A program made the position numbers and the translations under genes. Below the pieces are notes generated by a model. That model made no database searches, was not told the origin of the DNA, and was given only the letters and a program-made list of their open reading frames with translations. From the NCBI GenBank assembly GCA_965223505.1, contig CBDCWP010000034.1:96001-160000 (forward strand): DNA of 64,000 nucleotides, in the 5' to 3' direction. Every line of letters starts with the position of its first letter. The stretch's first letter is position 1. This stretch comes from Planctomycetota bacterium (lineage in GTDB: Bacteria > Planctomycetota > PLA2 > JAEUHO01). Positions 28,989 to 38,964 of the stretch are shown piece after piece.

Positions 28989-30482
28989 ATGCGCCGGCCG
29001 TCCCTCCTTTCCGTCCTTTCGATCGCCCTGCTTGCGGCCTGCGGCGGCGGTGCTGGCACGGGCGGCCCCGCGGACCTCTCGTTCAACGTCGGCACCCTCG
29101 CCGTCACGACCTCGGCGCTGCCACGCGCCGACGCGGGCTCGAGCTACGGTCCCGTCGCGCTTCGGTGCGACGCTCACGATCCGCTCGTCGTGACGTGGAC
29201 GCTGCACGCCGGGGCCCTGCCGAACGGCGTGTCACTCGGACCGGACGGCGTCCTCTACGGCACGCCGACCGAGAGCGGTGTCTTCGTGTTCACCGTCCAC
29301 GTCGGCGACGGCGTGCGCGGCGCCACGCGCCGGCTTGCGCTCGCGGTCGACGCGTTCGGGGTGTTCGTACAGTCCGGCCTGGTCGCAGGCGACGCCTGGA
29401 CGGACCGGCCGCTCGAGATTCGAGCGGTGGGACAGACCGGCGCAGTGACGTTCAGCCTCGACACGGCAGCGGACGCCGACCTGAGCCTGGTCGACGAGAA
29501 CGCGGGCACGGCTACGCTCGTCGTTCGCGGCGGCGACGAGGTCGTGGTCTTCGCGGAGGACGCGGCCGGGCACGCGACACGTCTCGACGTAACCGTGCGC
29601 TCCGACCCGACGAGTGGATTCCAGGCGGAGTTCGCCGTCTCGGACGTGTGGTACGTGAACGACATGCACAAGTTCGGCGCGCATCCCTATGCGACCGATC
29701 TCCACGCCGCGCTCGTGGACGTCGGCCTGCGCGATCCGGCGAGCACCGACGACGTCGGCACGGAAGCGGATGAGCTGGCCGTGCGCTACGTGCGCATCCA
29801 GATGTTGCGAGAGCTGAACCGACTGTTCCTTCGCGAGGGCGACGGTTCCGCCGGGGCGAACGGACTCGCGATCAGCTTTCCGTATCACCGGCCGACAGGG
29901 GCGATGCGCCCGCTTCCGGGCTCGACCCTCGCGGGAGGGGCCCTGCGCTACAACGAGATCGGCCTCGGGTGGGGAACACGCCCGTTGGTGGTCGGCACGG
30001 CCGTGATCGACGGTCCGCACAACGGCCTGCTCGAGAACAACACGTCCGGGACGCAGAACGGCGAGTTCGGCCTGTTCGTCAACGTCATCTCGGAGTTCTT
30101 CCTCGCGTCGTTCCGCCCGGACGAGCTTCGGAACGAACCGGTCGACTCGAACGACATTCCGGCGCTACGGGCGTTGATTCACGGCGCGTCGAACCCCGGC
30201 GGACGCTACGCGGCGCTCAAGTACTTCGGCGGGGGCTTTGCGCGGGTGCTGGCGACGATCTGCGCGCACGAGATCGGGCACAGCCTGGGACTGGTCCACG
30301 CCGACGGCATCATGGCGTCGGAGTCGAACCTGTCTCCGACGAACTGGCCGGCGTTCTCGAGCGGCGACGTCGAGCGGCTGCGGATCGCGCTACCCGGGCC
30401 CGGGCGAACCTCGACGTCTGCGTCGAAGGCCTCCGCCTTGCCGGAGGGGGGCATCACGGTCTGCGGCTGCCCGGGTCACTAA
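28989..30482 (+). CDS. Lipoprotein with a putative Ig domain and a C-terminal metzincin zinc-metalloprotease motif
   Basis: Lipobox LAAC; GALPNGVSLGPDGVLYGTP Ig signature; HEIGHSLGLVH followed by Met-turn IMA. Confidence 0.8.
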   Translation: MRRPSLLSVLSIALLAACGGGAGTGGPADLSFNVGTLAVTTSALPRADAGSSYGPVALRCDAHDPLVVTWTLHAGALPNGVSLGPDGVLYGTPTESGVFVFTVHVGDGVRGATRRLALAVDAFGVFVQSGLVAGDAWTDRPLEIRAVGQTGAVTFSLDTAADADLSLVDENAGTATLVVRGGDEVVVFAEDAAGHATRLDVTVRSDPTSGFQAEFAVSDVWYVNDMHKFGAHPYATDLHAALVDVGLRDPASTDDVGTEADELAVRYVRIQMLRELNRLFLREGDGSAGANGLAISFPYHRPTGAMRPLPGSTLAGGALRYNEIGLGWGTRPLVVGTAVIDGPHNGLLENNTSGTQNGEFGLFVNVISEFFLASFRPDELRNEPVDSNDIPALRALIHGASNPGGRYAALKYFGGGFARVLATICAHEIGHSLGLVHADGIMASESNLSPTNWPAFSSGDVERLRIALPGPGRTSTSASKASALPEGGITVCGCPGH

Positions 30483-30509
30483 AGGATTACCCGCGACTCG
30501 GAGCTGTAG

Positions 30510-33500
30510 CTACTTGTCGACCTCCTCGAGCAGCACCTCGACCGCCTTGAGCAGCTGCTTGTCCTCGCCCTTCGCGAGGCCTTCGGGATCGTTGTAGACC
30601 AGCACGTCGGGATGAAGATCCTGGTTCTCCAGGTAGTTGCCCTCCTCGTCCATCATCCCGACCTGCGGGATGCCGAACGTGAGCGTGGGATCCATCAAGG
30701 TCTCCCACCAGACGGCCGTGCCCGTGCCGGCGACGGGTGAGCCGACGAGCTTGCCGAGCCCCAGCTTCTGATACGCGTACGGGAAGATGTGCGCGTCCGA
30801 GTAGTTGCCTTCGTTCTGCAGGACGCAGGACGGCCGCGACCAACGCGCGAACGGCTCCGTTCCGAAATCGCCCTTCTTCTTGCCGCGCGGCACGAAGAAC
30901 AGGTAGTCGCGGCCTTCGAAGAAGCTCACGAGATCGTCGTGGAGCCAGCCGCCGCCGTTGTGACGCGTGTCGACGACCAGCGCCTCCTTCTCGGCGTTGC
31001 GGCCGAGCGCCTCGCGGAACGTCGTGCGGAAGCTCGCGTCGTTCATGCCGCGAATGTGCACGTATCCCACGCGCCCGCCCGACGCCTTCTCGACGGCTTC
31101 GCGCCGGCGGTTCACGGTGCGGTGATACATGAGGTTGAGCTGAGCGCGCACCGGGATGGGCTTGATGATCTCTTCCCAGGGCTCGCCTTCCGGCGCCGTC
31201 AGACGCAGGCGAACCCGCTTGCCCGCCATGTGGTTCAGCACGCGGTGCGGGTTGGTCGTCGGTGTGATCTCCACGCCCTGAATGTGCGTGATGATCGTTC
31301 CCGGCGCGATCTTGGACTCCGCCCGGTCCGCCGGACCGCGGTGAATGACCTCCGCCACCTTCAGGCCGGCCCCTGCGTGGGACCGGTCATAGAGCAACCC
31401 GAGCCCGGCCGTCGCGTCGGCGCCCGAGATGTTGGGGCGATGGCTGGCGCCGGTGTGCGACGCGTTCAGCTCGCCCAGCATCTCGCTCAGGAGCTCCGCG
31501 AAGTCGTAGTTGTTCTCGATCTGGTCGAGGAACGACACGTAGTTGCGCTTCATCCCCTCCCAGTCCACGCCGTGCAGCTCGGGGTCGTAGAACTTGCGCT
31601 GGGCCTGGCGCCACACGTGCTCGAAGAGATGCGCGCGCTCGTCCCGCGTCTCGATTGTCATCTCCGCGGCGAAGGCGATCGGCTTCGCGGCCGCCGGTCC
31701 GCCCTTCTTGCCGAGCGAGGCCGCGACGGACGCGCGAAGGATGCGGCCGCCGGCGAGCACGAAGAGGTGCTTGCCGTCCTTCGAGAACGTCACCTTGCCC
31801 GGACGGCCGGGCACGCTCATTAGCTTGCGGGTGACCTGATCGCGCGGGCGCACGAGCCACATGTCCCAGCTGCCTTCGTTCTGCGCGCCGTACACGATCG
31901 CTTCGCCGTCCTTCGACGCCGCGTAGTCGCCGAGCCACGCCGCGTGCATGGTGAGGCGCCGCATGCGGTGCTCGATGTCGTTCGGGTCGGCAATGTCGAT
32001 CTCGATCGGCTCGAGCGGCTTCTCCTTCTTCTTGTCGCCGCTCCCGCCCTTGTCGTCGACGCTCTTCTCGTCGTCGTCCTTCTTGTCGTCGTCCTTCTTC
32101 GGGGCGTCGTCCTTCTTGGGCGCGTCGTCCTTCTTCGGCGGGTCGTCCTTCTTCTCTTCCTTGGCTTCGTCCTCGGCGTTCTTCTTCTTCTCCTGCTCTT
32201 CCTTCTTCTTCTTTTCCTTGTCCTTCTTCTCCTTCTTCTGGAAGAGCTCGAACTCCTCGGGGCTCAAGCGCGCGCGGTCGTGGGCGGCCTGCGTGAGATC
32301 GAACGCCATCACGTCGTCCTCGGCGCCCCAGCCGCCGTGGCTGCGCCGGCCGTAGCGGTCCGTCAGGAAGAGCAGCGAGCGGCCGTCCGGCGACCACTTG
32401 GGCCGGCCCTCGTAGTAGCCGCTGTCGCTGATGTTGGTGACCTTCCCGGTCTCGACGTTGACGATCCCGATGTCCTCGACCCAGATCTTGCGCGGCAGGT
32501 AGTTCACCGCGAGCCACTTGCCGTCCGGCGACCAATCGAAGTGAATGTCGCCGTCCGAGTACGAGTAGTTGCGCTCGGCCGGCACCATGACGCGCGACGT
32601 CTTGGTCTCGAGGTTCAGCACGCGCAGCTCATCGCGCTCGTGCAGGTAGGCGAGGTTCTCGCCGTCGGGCGACATCTGCGGCTGGAACGTCTCGTACTGC
32701 GAGACCAGCACGGGCTCCTCGGTCACGATCGTCGCCGTCGCGAATCGATCCTCGTCTTCCCGTTCGAGCTTGGTGCGGTACAGGTTCCACGAGCCGTCAC
32801 GCTCGCTCGCGTAGTAGACCGAGCGGCCGTCCTTGGCCCACGTCACCGAGCGCTCTTGCTCCGGCGTGTCGGTGAGTCGCTTCGTCGTGGCGTAGTCGAT
32901 CGACGTGACGAAGACCTCGCCGCGAACGACGAATGCCACCTCGTCTCCTTCGGGCGAGACGGCGAAGTCCGTGGCGCCGCTACGTAGCGTCGCGTGGAGA
33001 TCCGGGTTGGTGCGGTCGCCGATGCGCACCCGCACGGAGATCTTCCGGGGTTCGGATCGCGGCGCGCGCGTGTACAGCGTGCCGTTGTGCGTATACGCGA
33101 TCGTGCCGTCCTTCGCAGCGGACAGGAAGCGGACGGGATGCGTCGTGTGCTGCGTGAGCTGCTTCGGCTCGCCGGTACCGTCGACGGCTTGGAGGTAGAC
33201 GTTGAACGTCCCCTTCATCTCGCTGAGGAAGTAGATGCTCTTCCCGTCCTTCGACCAGGCCGGGTTGCGGTCCTCGCCCTTGTACGACGTGAGCTTGCGA
33301 TGCTTTCCGGTCGCGGGCGTCCAGATCCAGAGATCGCGGGTCACCGACGAGGTGTGGTGCTTGCGCCACGGGTCCTCGAAGCCCTTGACGTCCTCGTAGG
33401 CCACGTGCCTGCCGTCCGGGCTGTAGACCGCGGCCTCCGCGGGCGTCGTGAGCTCCTGCCGCGGGCGCCCCCCGTCGACGGAGATCGAGTACAGCTCCGC

Positions 33501-33938
33501 CATGTAGCGGGTGCCGACGGCCGCCTTGGCGTCGTCCAGCCGCGTGCTCGCGAAGACGACGCGCTTGCCGTCGGGGCTGAAGCAGGTCGGCGTGTCGCGC
33601 AAGGAGTAGTAGGTCAGGCGTGTCGCCCGGCCGCCCTGGGCCGGGATCGTGAAGACGTCGAAATTGCCGTGACGGTCCGACGCGAAGGCGATCGTCTGCG
33701 AGTCCGGCGACCACACCGGCGACCGCTCGTAGGCCGCGTGCGTGGTGAGCGCCCGCGCATCGCCGCCCTCGGCCTCGACGATCCAGATGTCGCCCTTGTA
33801 GGAGAAGGCGATCGACTGCCCGTCGGGCGAGATCGAGGCGTAGCGAATCCACGTCGCCTCGTCGGCGGCCTCGGCGGGCGACGAGGCGCTCCAGAGCAGC
33901 AACGGAAGTAGAAGGAACGACACAGCCCAGTGCTTCAT
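30510..33938 (-). CDS. Tricorn-like S41 family peptidase (beta-propellers, PDZ, S41 catalytic domain)
   Basis: Signal peptide; PD40-like WSPDG repeats; GELNASH, DTRHNGGG, YSDA motifs. Confidence 0.92.
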   Translation of the reverse strand: MKHWAVSFLLLPLLLWSASSPAEAADEATWIRYASISPDGQSIAFSYKGDIWIVEAEGGDARALTTHAAYERSPVWSPDSQTIAFASDRHGNFDVFTIPAQGGRATRLTYYSLRDTPTCFSPDGKRVVFASTRLDDAKAAVGTRYMAELYSISVDGGRPRQELTTPAEAAVYSPDGRHVAYEDVKGFEDPWRKHHTSSVTRDLWIWTPATGKHRKLTSYKGEDRNPAWSKDGKSIYFLSEMKGTFNVYLQAVDGTGEPKQLTQHTTHPVRFLSAAKDGTIAYTHNGTLYTRAPRSEPRKISVRVRIGDRTNPDLHATLRSGATDFAVSPEGDEVAFVVRGEVFVTSIDYATTKRLTDTPEQERSVTWAKDGRSVYYASERDGSWNLYRTKLEREDEDRFATATIVTEEPVLVSQYETFQPQMSPDGENLAYLHERDELRVLNLETKTSRVMVPAERNYSYSDGDIHFDWSPDGKWLAVNYLPRKIWVEDIGIVNVETGKVTNISDSGYYEGRPKWSPDGRSLLFLTDRYGRRSHGGWGAEDDVMAFDLTQAAHDRARLSPEEFELFQKKEKKDKEKKKKEEQEKKKNAEDEAKEEKKDDPPKKDDAPKKDDAPKKDDDKKDDDEKSVDDKGGSGDKKKEKPLEPIEIDIADPNDIEHRMRRLTMHAAWLGDYAASKDGEAIVYGAQNEGSWDMWLVRPRDQVTRKLMSVPGRPGKVTFSKDGKHLFVLAGGRILRASVAASLGKKGGPAAAKPIAFAAEMTIETRDERAHLFEHVWRQAQRKFYDPELHGVDWEGMKRNYVSFLDQIENNYDFAELLSEMLGELNASHTGASHRPNISGADATAGLGLLYDRSHAGAGLKVAEVIHRGPADRAESKIAPGTIITHIQGVEITPTTNPHRVLNHMAGKRVRLRLTAPEGEPWEEIIKPIPVRAQLNLMYHRTVNRRREAVEKASGGRVGYVHIRGMNDASFRTTFREALGRNAEKEALVVDTRHNGGGWLHDDLVSFFEGRDYLFFVPRGKKKGDFGTEPFARWSRPSCVLQNEGNYSDAHIFPYAYQKLGLGKLVGSPVAGTGTAVWWETLMDPTLTFGIPQVGMMDEEGNYLENQDLHPDVLVYNDPEGLAKGEDKQLLKAVEVLLEEVDK

Positions 33939-34024
33939 GGCACCTCTCCGAGTGAAGGCGGACAGACTACTCAGAGTCGATGGCCCTTGCCTCGACGTGT
34001 TCACCCGGTTGGTAGGATTTGGCG

Positions 34025-35068
34025 ATGCGCATGACGGTCCTTCTCGCGGCACTGGTCACCGGTTGTTTGCTCGCGGCGTACGCGCGGGCGGGCGCGGAGC
34101 ACGTCGAGCTCGGCGCCGTTCGCTGGCTGCGCGACAGGGACACGGCGTTCGAAAGGGCGCGGAAGGAGAAGCGGCCCGTCGTGCTTCTGTTCCAGGAGGT
34201 GCCCGGGTGAAGCACGTGCGTGGACTTCGGTCGTGAGGTCCTGACGCTCCCGTTGCTCGTCGAGGCGTTCGAAACGGAGTTCGTCCCGCTCTGCATCTTC
34301 AACAACGTGAAGGAGGAGGCGCACCTCCTGAAGCGCTACGAGGAGCCGTCGTGGAACAACCCCGTGGTGCGCTTCTTCTCCGCCGACGACAAGGATCTGA
34401 TTCCGCGCAAGGACCGCGTGTGGAAGCCGGACGCGCTGTTGCCGCGGGTCGTCGCGTCGCTCCGAGCCGCCAAGTGCGAGGTCCCGGCGTACTTGACGCT
34501 GCTCGCGGACGACGTACGGGCCGCGTCCTTCGAGCGCGCCACCTTCGCGATGTACTGCTTCTGGGAGGGGGAGAAGCAGCTCGGCAGGATCGACGGCGTC
34601 GTCTCGACGGAGGCGGGCTGGCTCGACGGCAAGGAGGTCGTCGAGCTCGTCTACGACCCGGCGCGCGTGGACTACGCCAAGCTGGTCACGGAAGCCCGCG
34701 GCGTGAAGTGCTGCAGCAAGGTGTACGCGCGAACGGACGCGCAGCTCGAGGCGGCGAACGGCGTGATCGACGCGTCGCGAACCGACGAGGCGATCAAGCT
34801 CGCCAAGGACTCGGACCGCAAGTACTACCTGACGAAGAGCCCGCTGCGCTACCTGCCCATGACGCCCGCGCAAGCCACCAAGGTCAACGCGGCGCTGGCG
34901 GCGAAGGCGCCGTACACCACGTTCCTCAGTCCCCGCCAGCGTGCCCTCGCGAAGCGACTGCTGTCGCTGAGCAGCGACCAACAGAAACGGCTCGAGGGCC
35001 TGCGCCGGCCGTCGAAGCTGAGCGAGCTTGCGGCTTACGAGCGGGAGCTGGCGTCGCGACTCGGCTGA
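34025..35068 (+). CDS. Secreted thioredoxin-like selenoprotein (VPG-U-STC) fused to an MsrA-like domain; TGA 34208-34210 read as Sec
   Basis: ORF-track pieces 34019-34210 and 34220-35068 are in the same frame, separated only by one TGA that completes a UxxC motif (LFQEVPG-U-STCVDFG); downstream CFWEGE...GVVSTEAG MsrA-like motif. Confidence 0.85.
34211..34246 (+). promoter_or_regulatory. Candidate bacterial SECIS hairpin
   Basis: Stem GACTTC (34223-28) / GAGGTC (34235-40), loop GGTCGT starting 18 nt after the UGA; lower pairing CGT/ACG possible. Confidence 0.7.
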
Positions 35069-35088
35069 GGACCGCGTACAGTGGTGCG

Positions 35089-35538
35089 ATGACCGACAAA
35101 GTGAACCGCACGGGCGCGTACTTCGGCGCGGCGTTCGGCGTGAGTGCGTGGGCGTTCGTGATCGTCGTCCTGGGGTTGGCGGCCGGCGACGTGGATCTCG
35201 TCGTCGAGGTGGGGTTGCCGTGCCTGTTGCTGGCGGTGGGCGCGGCGGCGCTGCTGATCCTGATCTTCGAGCTGGCGCAGCGGGCCGTGCCGAACGACAG
35301 ACCGTTGCACCACCGCATGTTGTGGGGCGGCATCCTGTTCGCGCTGGGGCTCTTCTTCTTGCTGACCAACAACTGGATCGGGCCGCGGCTCGAGTCGTCG
35401 GTCAAGGTCGCCGAGATGCTGGACAGTCTGGGCAGCGCGACGCGCATTCCGGCGTTCATCGTTTGGGCGACGTTGGTCGGAGCGGCCACACTGCTCGTGA
35501 TGGGCGCCGTGCGGGTCGTGCGGCTACCGCGCGATTGA
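35089..35538 (+). CDS. Small integral membrane protein (about 4 TM)
   Basis: MTDKVNRTGAYFG followed by four hydrophobic segments; TACAGT 6 nt before ATG. Confidence 0.7.
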   Translation: MTDKVNRTGAYFGAAFGVSAWAFVIVVLGLAAGDVDLVVEVGLPCLLLAVGAAALLILIFELAQRAVPNDRPLHHRMLWGGILFALGLFFLLTNNWIGPRLESSVKVAEMLDSLGSATRIPAFIVWATLVGAATLLVMGAVRVVRLPRD

Positions 35539-35636
35539 GGCCGGTTTCGGCAGCGGCACCCGGAACGGAGGTGCGCCTGATGGCGTCGTGCCCGCGTTGA
35601 TTCGGGTCCTCGAGATTGCGGAAGTACCAGGCAGCG

Positions 35637-38600
35637 TTACTTGACGGAACCGGACTTGTTCGCCGGCACGATCTCGTAGGCATCATCGTCGAGCATGAAG
35701 CGGATGTGGCCGCCGAGTGCGAGCCACTTCGGAGCGCGTGCATCGACGCGAAGCAGCGAGAAGTACGCGTCCGAGTACGCTTCGACGCGCACGGGCTGCG
35801 CGTCAGCCTTCCAGTTCGCGTCCGTCCAGACGCCATTCTTGCGCTCGAACGTCTTGCCGCCCACCGTCTTGAACAGTCCGGCGCCTGCACCGCCTGTCTC
35901 CGACGCCGCCATGCGCTCCTTCTCGCGTTGCAGGATCTTCGAGTCGCGCACCTGCGCCTCCTTGCTCGGCGGCTTCACGTTGCGCGTGCCGAAGACCCGG
36001 TCGTAGCGGTAGTACACCTGCACGCACGAGCTCATGAGCGCGGTCGACATCGCACGTCCGCCGGCCTGCGCTTCGGGCGATGCGCCGAGCGGATCCCACG
36101 AGCTCTTCACCGTCGCATGGGTGCCGTCCTTGCGCTGCGAGTCGACGATCGCGTCGTCGATTGCGTCCTTCCAGATCTTCCAGTGTCGTCCGCCGATCTG
36201 GTGCATCGCCAAGACGCCGAAGTGCCAGCCCATCAGGTCGTTGGTCGCGTTCTTCGCGTCCCAACGGGGCGGCGTCGCGGCAAGCGCGTCGGCCAGGACT
36301 TGCACCCGCGCGTCCTTGCGCGGGTCCGCGCCCGCGAAGATGCGCGCCAGCGCCTCGGCGCCGCGGCTCAGGGTCGAGTCCGCCGGCTCGGCTTTCGCGA
36401 TCCAACCCGGGATGGAACGAAGTAGATCGCGCTCGACGCGGAACGGCTCCGGGTGGCCGCGCCGAAGCGCGTCGCGGTTCACGAGATGCGCGCTGGCGAG
36501 CGCGAGCATGTTCCAGCTCGTGACCGTCAGATCGATCTCGTTGGATTTCGACGGCGCCGCCCAGCCGCCGCCGGGCAGACGAGACGCGAGGATGTAGTCG
36601 ACCGCACCCTGCGCCGCGCCCTTGAAGATCGGGCTGTTGGTCATGCCGTAGGCTTCGATCATCGCCAGCGATGCCGTGGCGTGCCCGAAGGCCGAGCCCG
36701 GGAGATCCCGCGGACCGAAGTGACCCTCGGGATCCTGGACGTTCTTCAGATAGCGCAAGCCCTTCGAGACCGCGCCCCGGAAGGGGTGCCGGCCGCGGTT
36801 GGTGTATCCGGCGCCGAGGTAGGTCGTGATCGCCAGGCCGGTGACGGCGACGTCGTGATCGTGCTTGCCGAGCCCGAAGCCGTCGGCCTTCCAGCTGCCG
36901 TCGGACTGCTGGTGCTCGAGCAGCCACCGGCCGCTCCCGCCGACCGTGTCGACGCGTTTCTTGCCCCCGCTGCCGGGTGCTCGGTCCGCGGACCCGCCGC
37001 GTCCGCCGAACGCGCCCCCCGCGCCGCCGCCCACGCCGATCATGCTGTTGTTGGCGGGACCCTCGAACGGCGCGTCCGACAGCCCGCGCATGCCCAGACG
37101 CTCCTCGAACTCTAGATCGTTGTCGGTCTCGATGTTGTCGTCGATCTCGGTGTCCTCGACGACGAGACCCGACGTGTAGGGCGTCACGATCGAGTGGCGT
37201 GTGCCGAGTCGCACGATCTCGTTCCGGACCTCCTTGGTGAGCCCATGGAGCCGGATGTCGTCGAGCAGAAACGCGATCTTGCGGTACGCCCAAAGGCGGG
37301 GGAGGTACGCCACGCCCTCGCCGCTTCGAAGCGTCGTCTCGTACGCATACGCCCGCGGCTCGCCCGCGAGCGTTCCCTTCAACGTGAACGTGCGCTCTCC
37401 GCCCTCCTTGTATCGGCCGAAGAGAACGATCTGCATGCCGGAGAAGAGCACGGGGATCGACTTCGGATAGACGTCGTAGACGCCCGTGCCGAGGTCGATC
37501 TCGATGTCGCTCAGCACCGGCTCGTTGACCTTGCGGAAGAACCGGCTGGTGACGATCTCGATGTCTTCCTTCGGCTCGACGTAGTCGCGCGTCCCGCCGG
37601 TCGTCTCGGCGATCTGGTCCAGCAGCTTCACGTCGAGGTCGTACCCCACGCCGAAGGTGAATACGCGCGCCTTCGAGACATTGGCGTTCTTGACCCGCGC
37701 GACGAGCCTGCCGGTGTCGCGCTCGCCGATGCTCGGGAGGCCGTCCGTCAGGAAGACGACCATCGCCGGCCGCGCGTCGTCGGGCCGAAGCTGAAGCGCG
37801 GTGCCGAGCGCGTCTTCGATGTTGGTGCCGCCGTTCGCCTCGAGCGCGGAGATCCACTCGACCGCCGCCTCCCTCGACGCGCCGGTCGCGTCGATCAGCC
37901 CGTCACGGAAAGGGTGCACGCCGCTCGAGAACGCGAGGATGTTGAAGCGGTCGTTCGGCCGCAGGGAGCGCACGCCGAAGATCAGCGCCTTGCGCGCCTG
38001 CTCGATCTTCGGGCCCTGCATCGAGCCGCTGGTGTCGAGGACGTAGACGACGTCCTTGGGCGCGATCCGATCGCGCTCGATCTTCGTTTTCGGCGCGAGC
38101 ACGGCCATGAACGTGCCGTCGTCGCCCACCGGCTTGTGGCTCAACACCGAGAGACCGACCTCGTCGCGGCTGCGCGCGAAGTAGAGCAGCAGGTCGGTCG
38201 CCTGGCGTCGTCCGTTCGACTCGTACGTGACGCGCGCTTTGCGGTCGCCGTCTCGCGTGAGCTCGACGCGGTGCGTCGGGCTGTAGATCGCCTTCAGGTC
38301 GACGTCGCTCTCGATGCGCACGTCCACGATGACAGCGTCCACCGCGGCGGCGCTGAAGCGATCCGTCGCAAGCGGATACCGCAGCTCCAGCGTCCCGTCG
38401 TCGTCGGGAAGCAGCTGCTGGAACGTGAGCCGGATGGTCAGCTCTTGACGCGGCTCGATGGGGAAGACGCGCGCGCGGAACATGCCGCGCCCGACGTACT
38501 CCAGCAGCCCCGGGTCGCGGCGACGCCGCACGATGCTCTCGTAGACGGCGCGCGCACGCTTCGACTCGATGACCTCGCCTTCGACCATCTTGCCGGCCAT

Positions 38601-38888
38601 CGTCATCGCGAACTTGCTGACGACCGCCCCCTTGGGGAGCGGAAAGAGATACGTACCTTCGAGTCGCGCGCCCGAGCTGTTGTGGAACACCTGCTCGACC
38701 GTCACCTCGGCCGCCTGATTGCGAACGACGGCCGAGACCTTGTGTCCTTTGAGCCGGACCGGGCCGCGTGCGTCGGCAGGCGCGTCGCTCTCGGCGCGAA
38801 CCAGGATGCCGTTGGCGTGCGCCGTCGAAGCGGCGATCGAGACGAAGAAGAGAAGCGTGACGACGACGAGCAGGGGGGTGCGCAACAC
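35637..38888 (-). CDS. Secreted VIT + vWA protein with an inserted prenyltransferase/squalene-cyclase-repeat domain
   Basis: VIT (EGTYLFPLP, RRDPGLLEY), MIDAS DTSGS, LTDG; later QQSDGSW / QDPEGHF / GGGW QW-type repeats. Confidence 0.85.
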   Translation of the reverse strand: MLRTPLLVVVTLLFFVSIAASTAHANGILVRAESDAPADARGPVRLKGHKVSAVVRNQAAEVTVEQVFHNSSGARLEGTYLFPLPKGAVVSKFAMTMAGKMVEGEVIESKRARAVYESIVRRRRDPGLLEYVGRGMFRARVFPIEPRQELTIRLTFQQLLPDDDGTLELRYPLATDRFSAAAVDAVIVDVRIESDVDLKAIYSPTHRVELTRDGDRKARVTYESNGRRQATDLLLYFARSRDEVGLSVLSHKPVGDDGTFMAVLAPKTKIERDRIAPKDVVYVLDTSGSMQGPKIEQARKALIFGVRSLRPNDRFNILAFSSGVHPFRDGLIDATGASREAAVEWISALEANGGTNIEDALGTALQLRPDDARPAMVVFLTDGLPSIGERDTGRLVARVKNANVSKARVFTFGVGYDLDVKLLDQIAETTGGTRDYVEPKEDIEIVTSRFFRKVNEPVLSDIEIDLGTGVYDVYPKSIPVLFSGMQIVLFGRYKEGGERTFTLKGTLAGEPRAYAYETTLRSGEGVAYLPRLWAYRKIAFLLDDIRLHGLTKEVRNEIVRLGTRHSIVTPYTSGLVVEDTEIDDNIETDNDLEFEERLGMRGLSDAPFEGPANNSMIGVGGGAGGAFGGRGGSADRAPGSGGKKRVDTVGGSGRWLLEHQQSDGSWKADGFGLGKHDHDVAVTGLAITTYLGAGYTNRGRHPFRGAVSKGLRYLKNVQDPEGHFGPRDLPGSAFGHATASLAMIEAYGMTNSPIFKGAAQGAVDYILASRLPGGGWAAPSKSNEIDLTVTSWNMLALASAHLVNRDALRRGHPEPFRVERDLLRSIPGWIAKAEPADSTLSRGAEALARIFAGADPRKDARVQVLADALAATPPRWDAKNATNDLMGWHFGVLAMHQIGGRHWKIWKDAIDDAIVDSQRKDGTHATVKSSWDPLGASPEAQAGGRAMSTALMSSCVQVYYRYDRVFGTRNVKPPSKEAQVRDSKILQREKERMAASETGGAGAGLFKTVGGKTFERKNGVWTDANWKADAQPVRVEAYSDAYFSLLRVDARAPKWLALGGHIRFMLDDDAYEIVPANKSGSVK

Positions 38889-38964
38889 GAGGAACCTCCG
38901 TTGCGTTGGTGAACGGGTGAACCGTCCCCGAGGTTCGACGTTCCCCCCGTGAAGGGAGGCGTCG

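Noticed and set aside
34208..34210. TGA as evidence of a reassigned genetic code
   Set aside because: TGA is a normal stop in other clear genes here (rpmG, ABC binding protein, response regulator); local Sec recoding fits better
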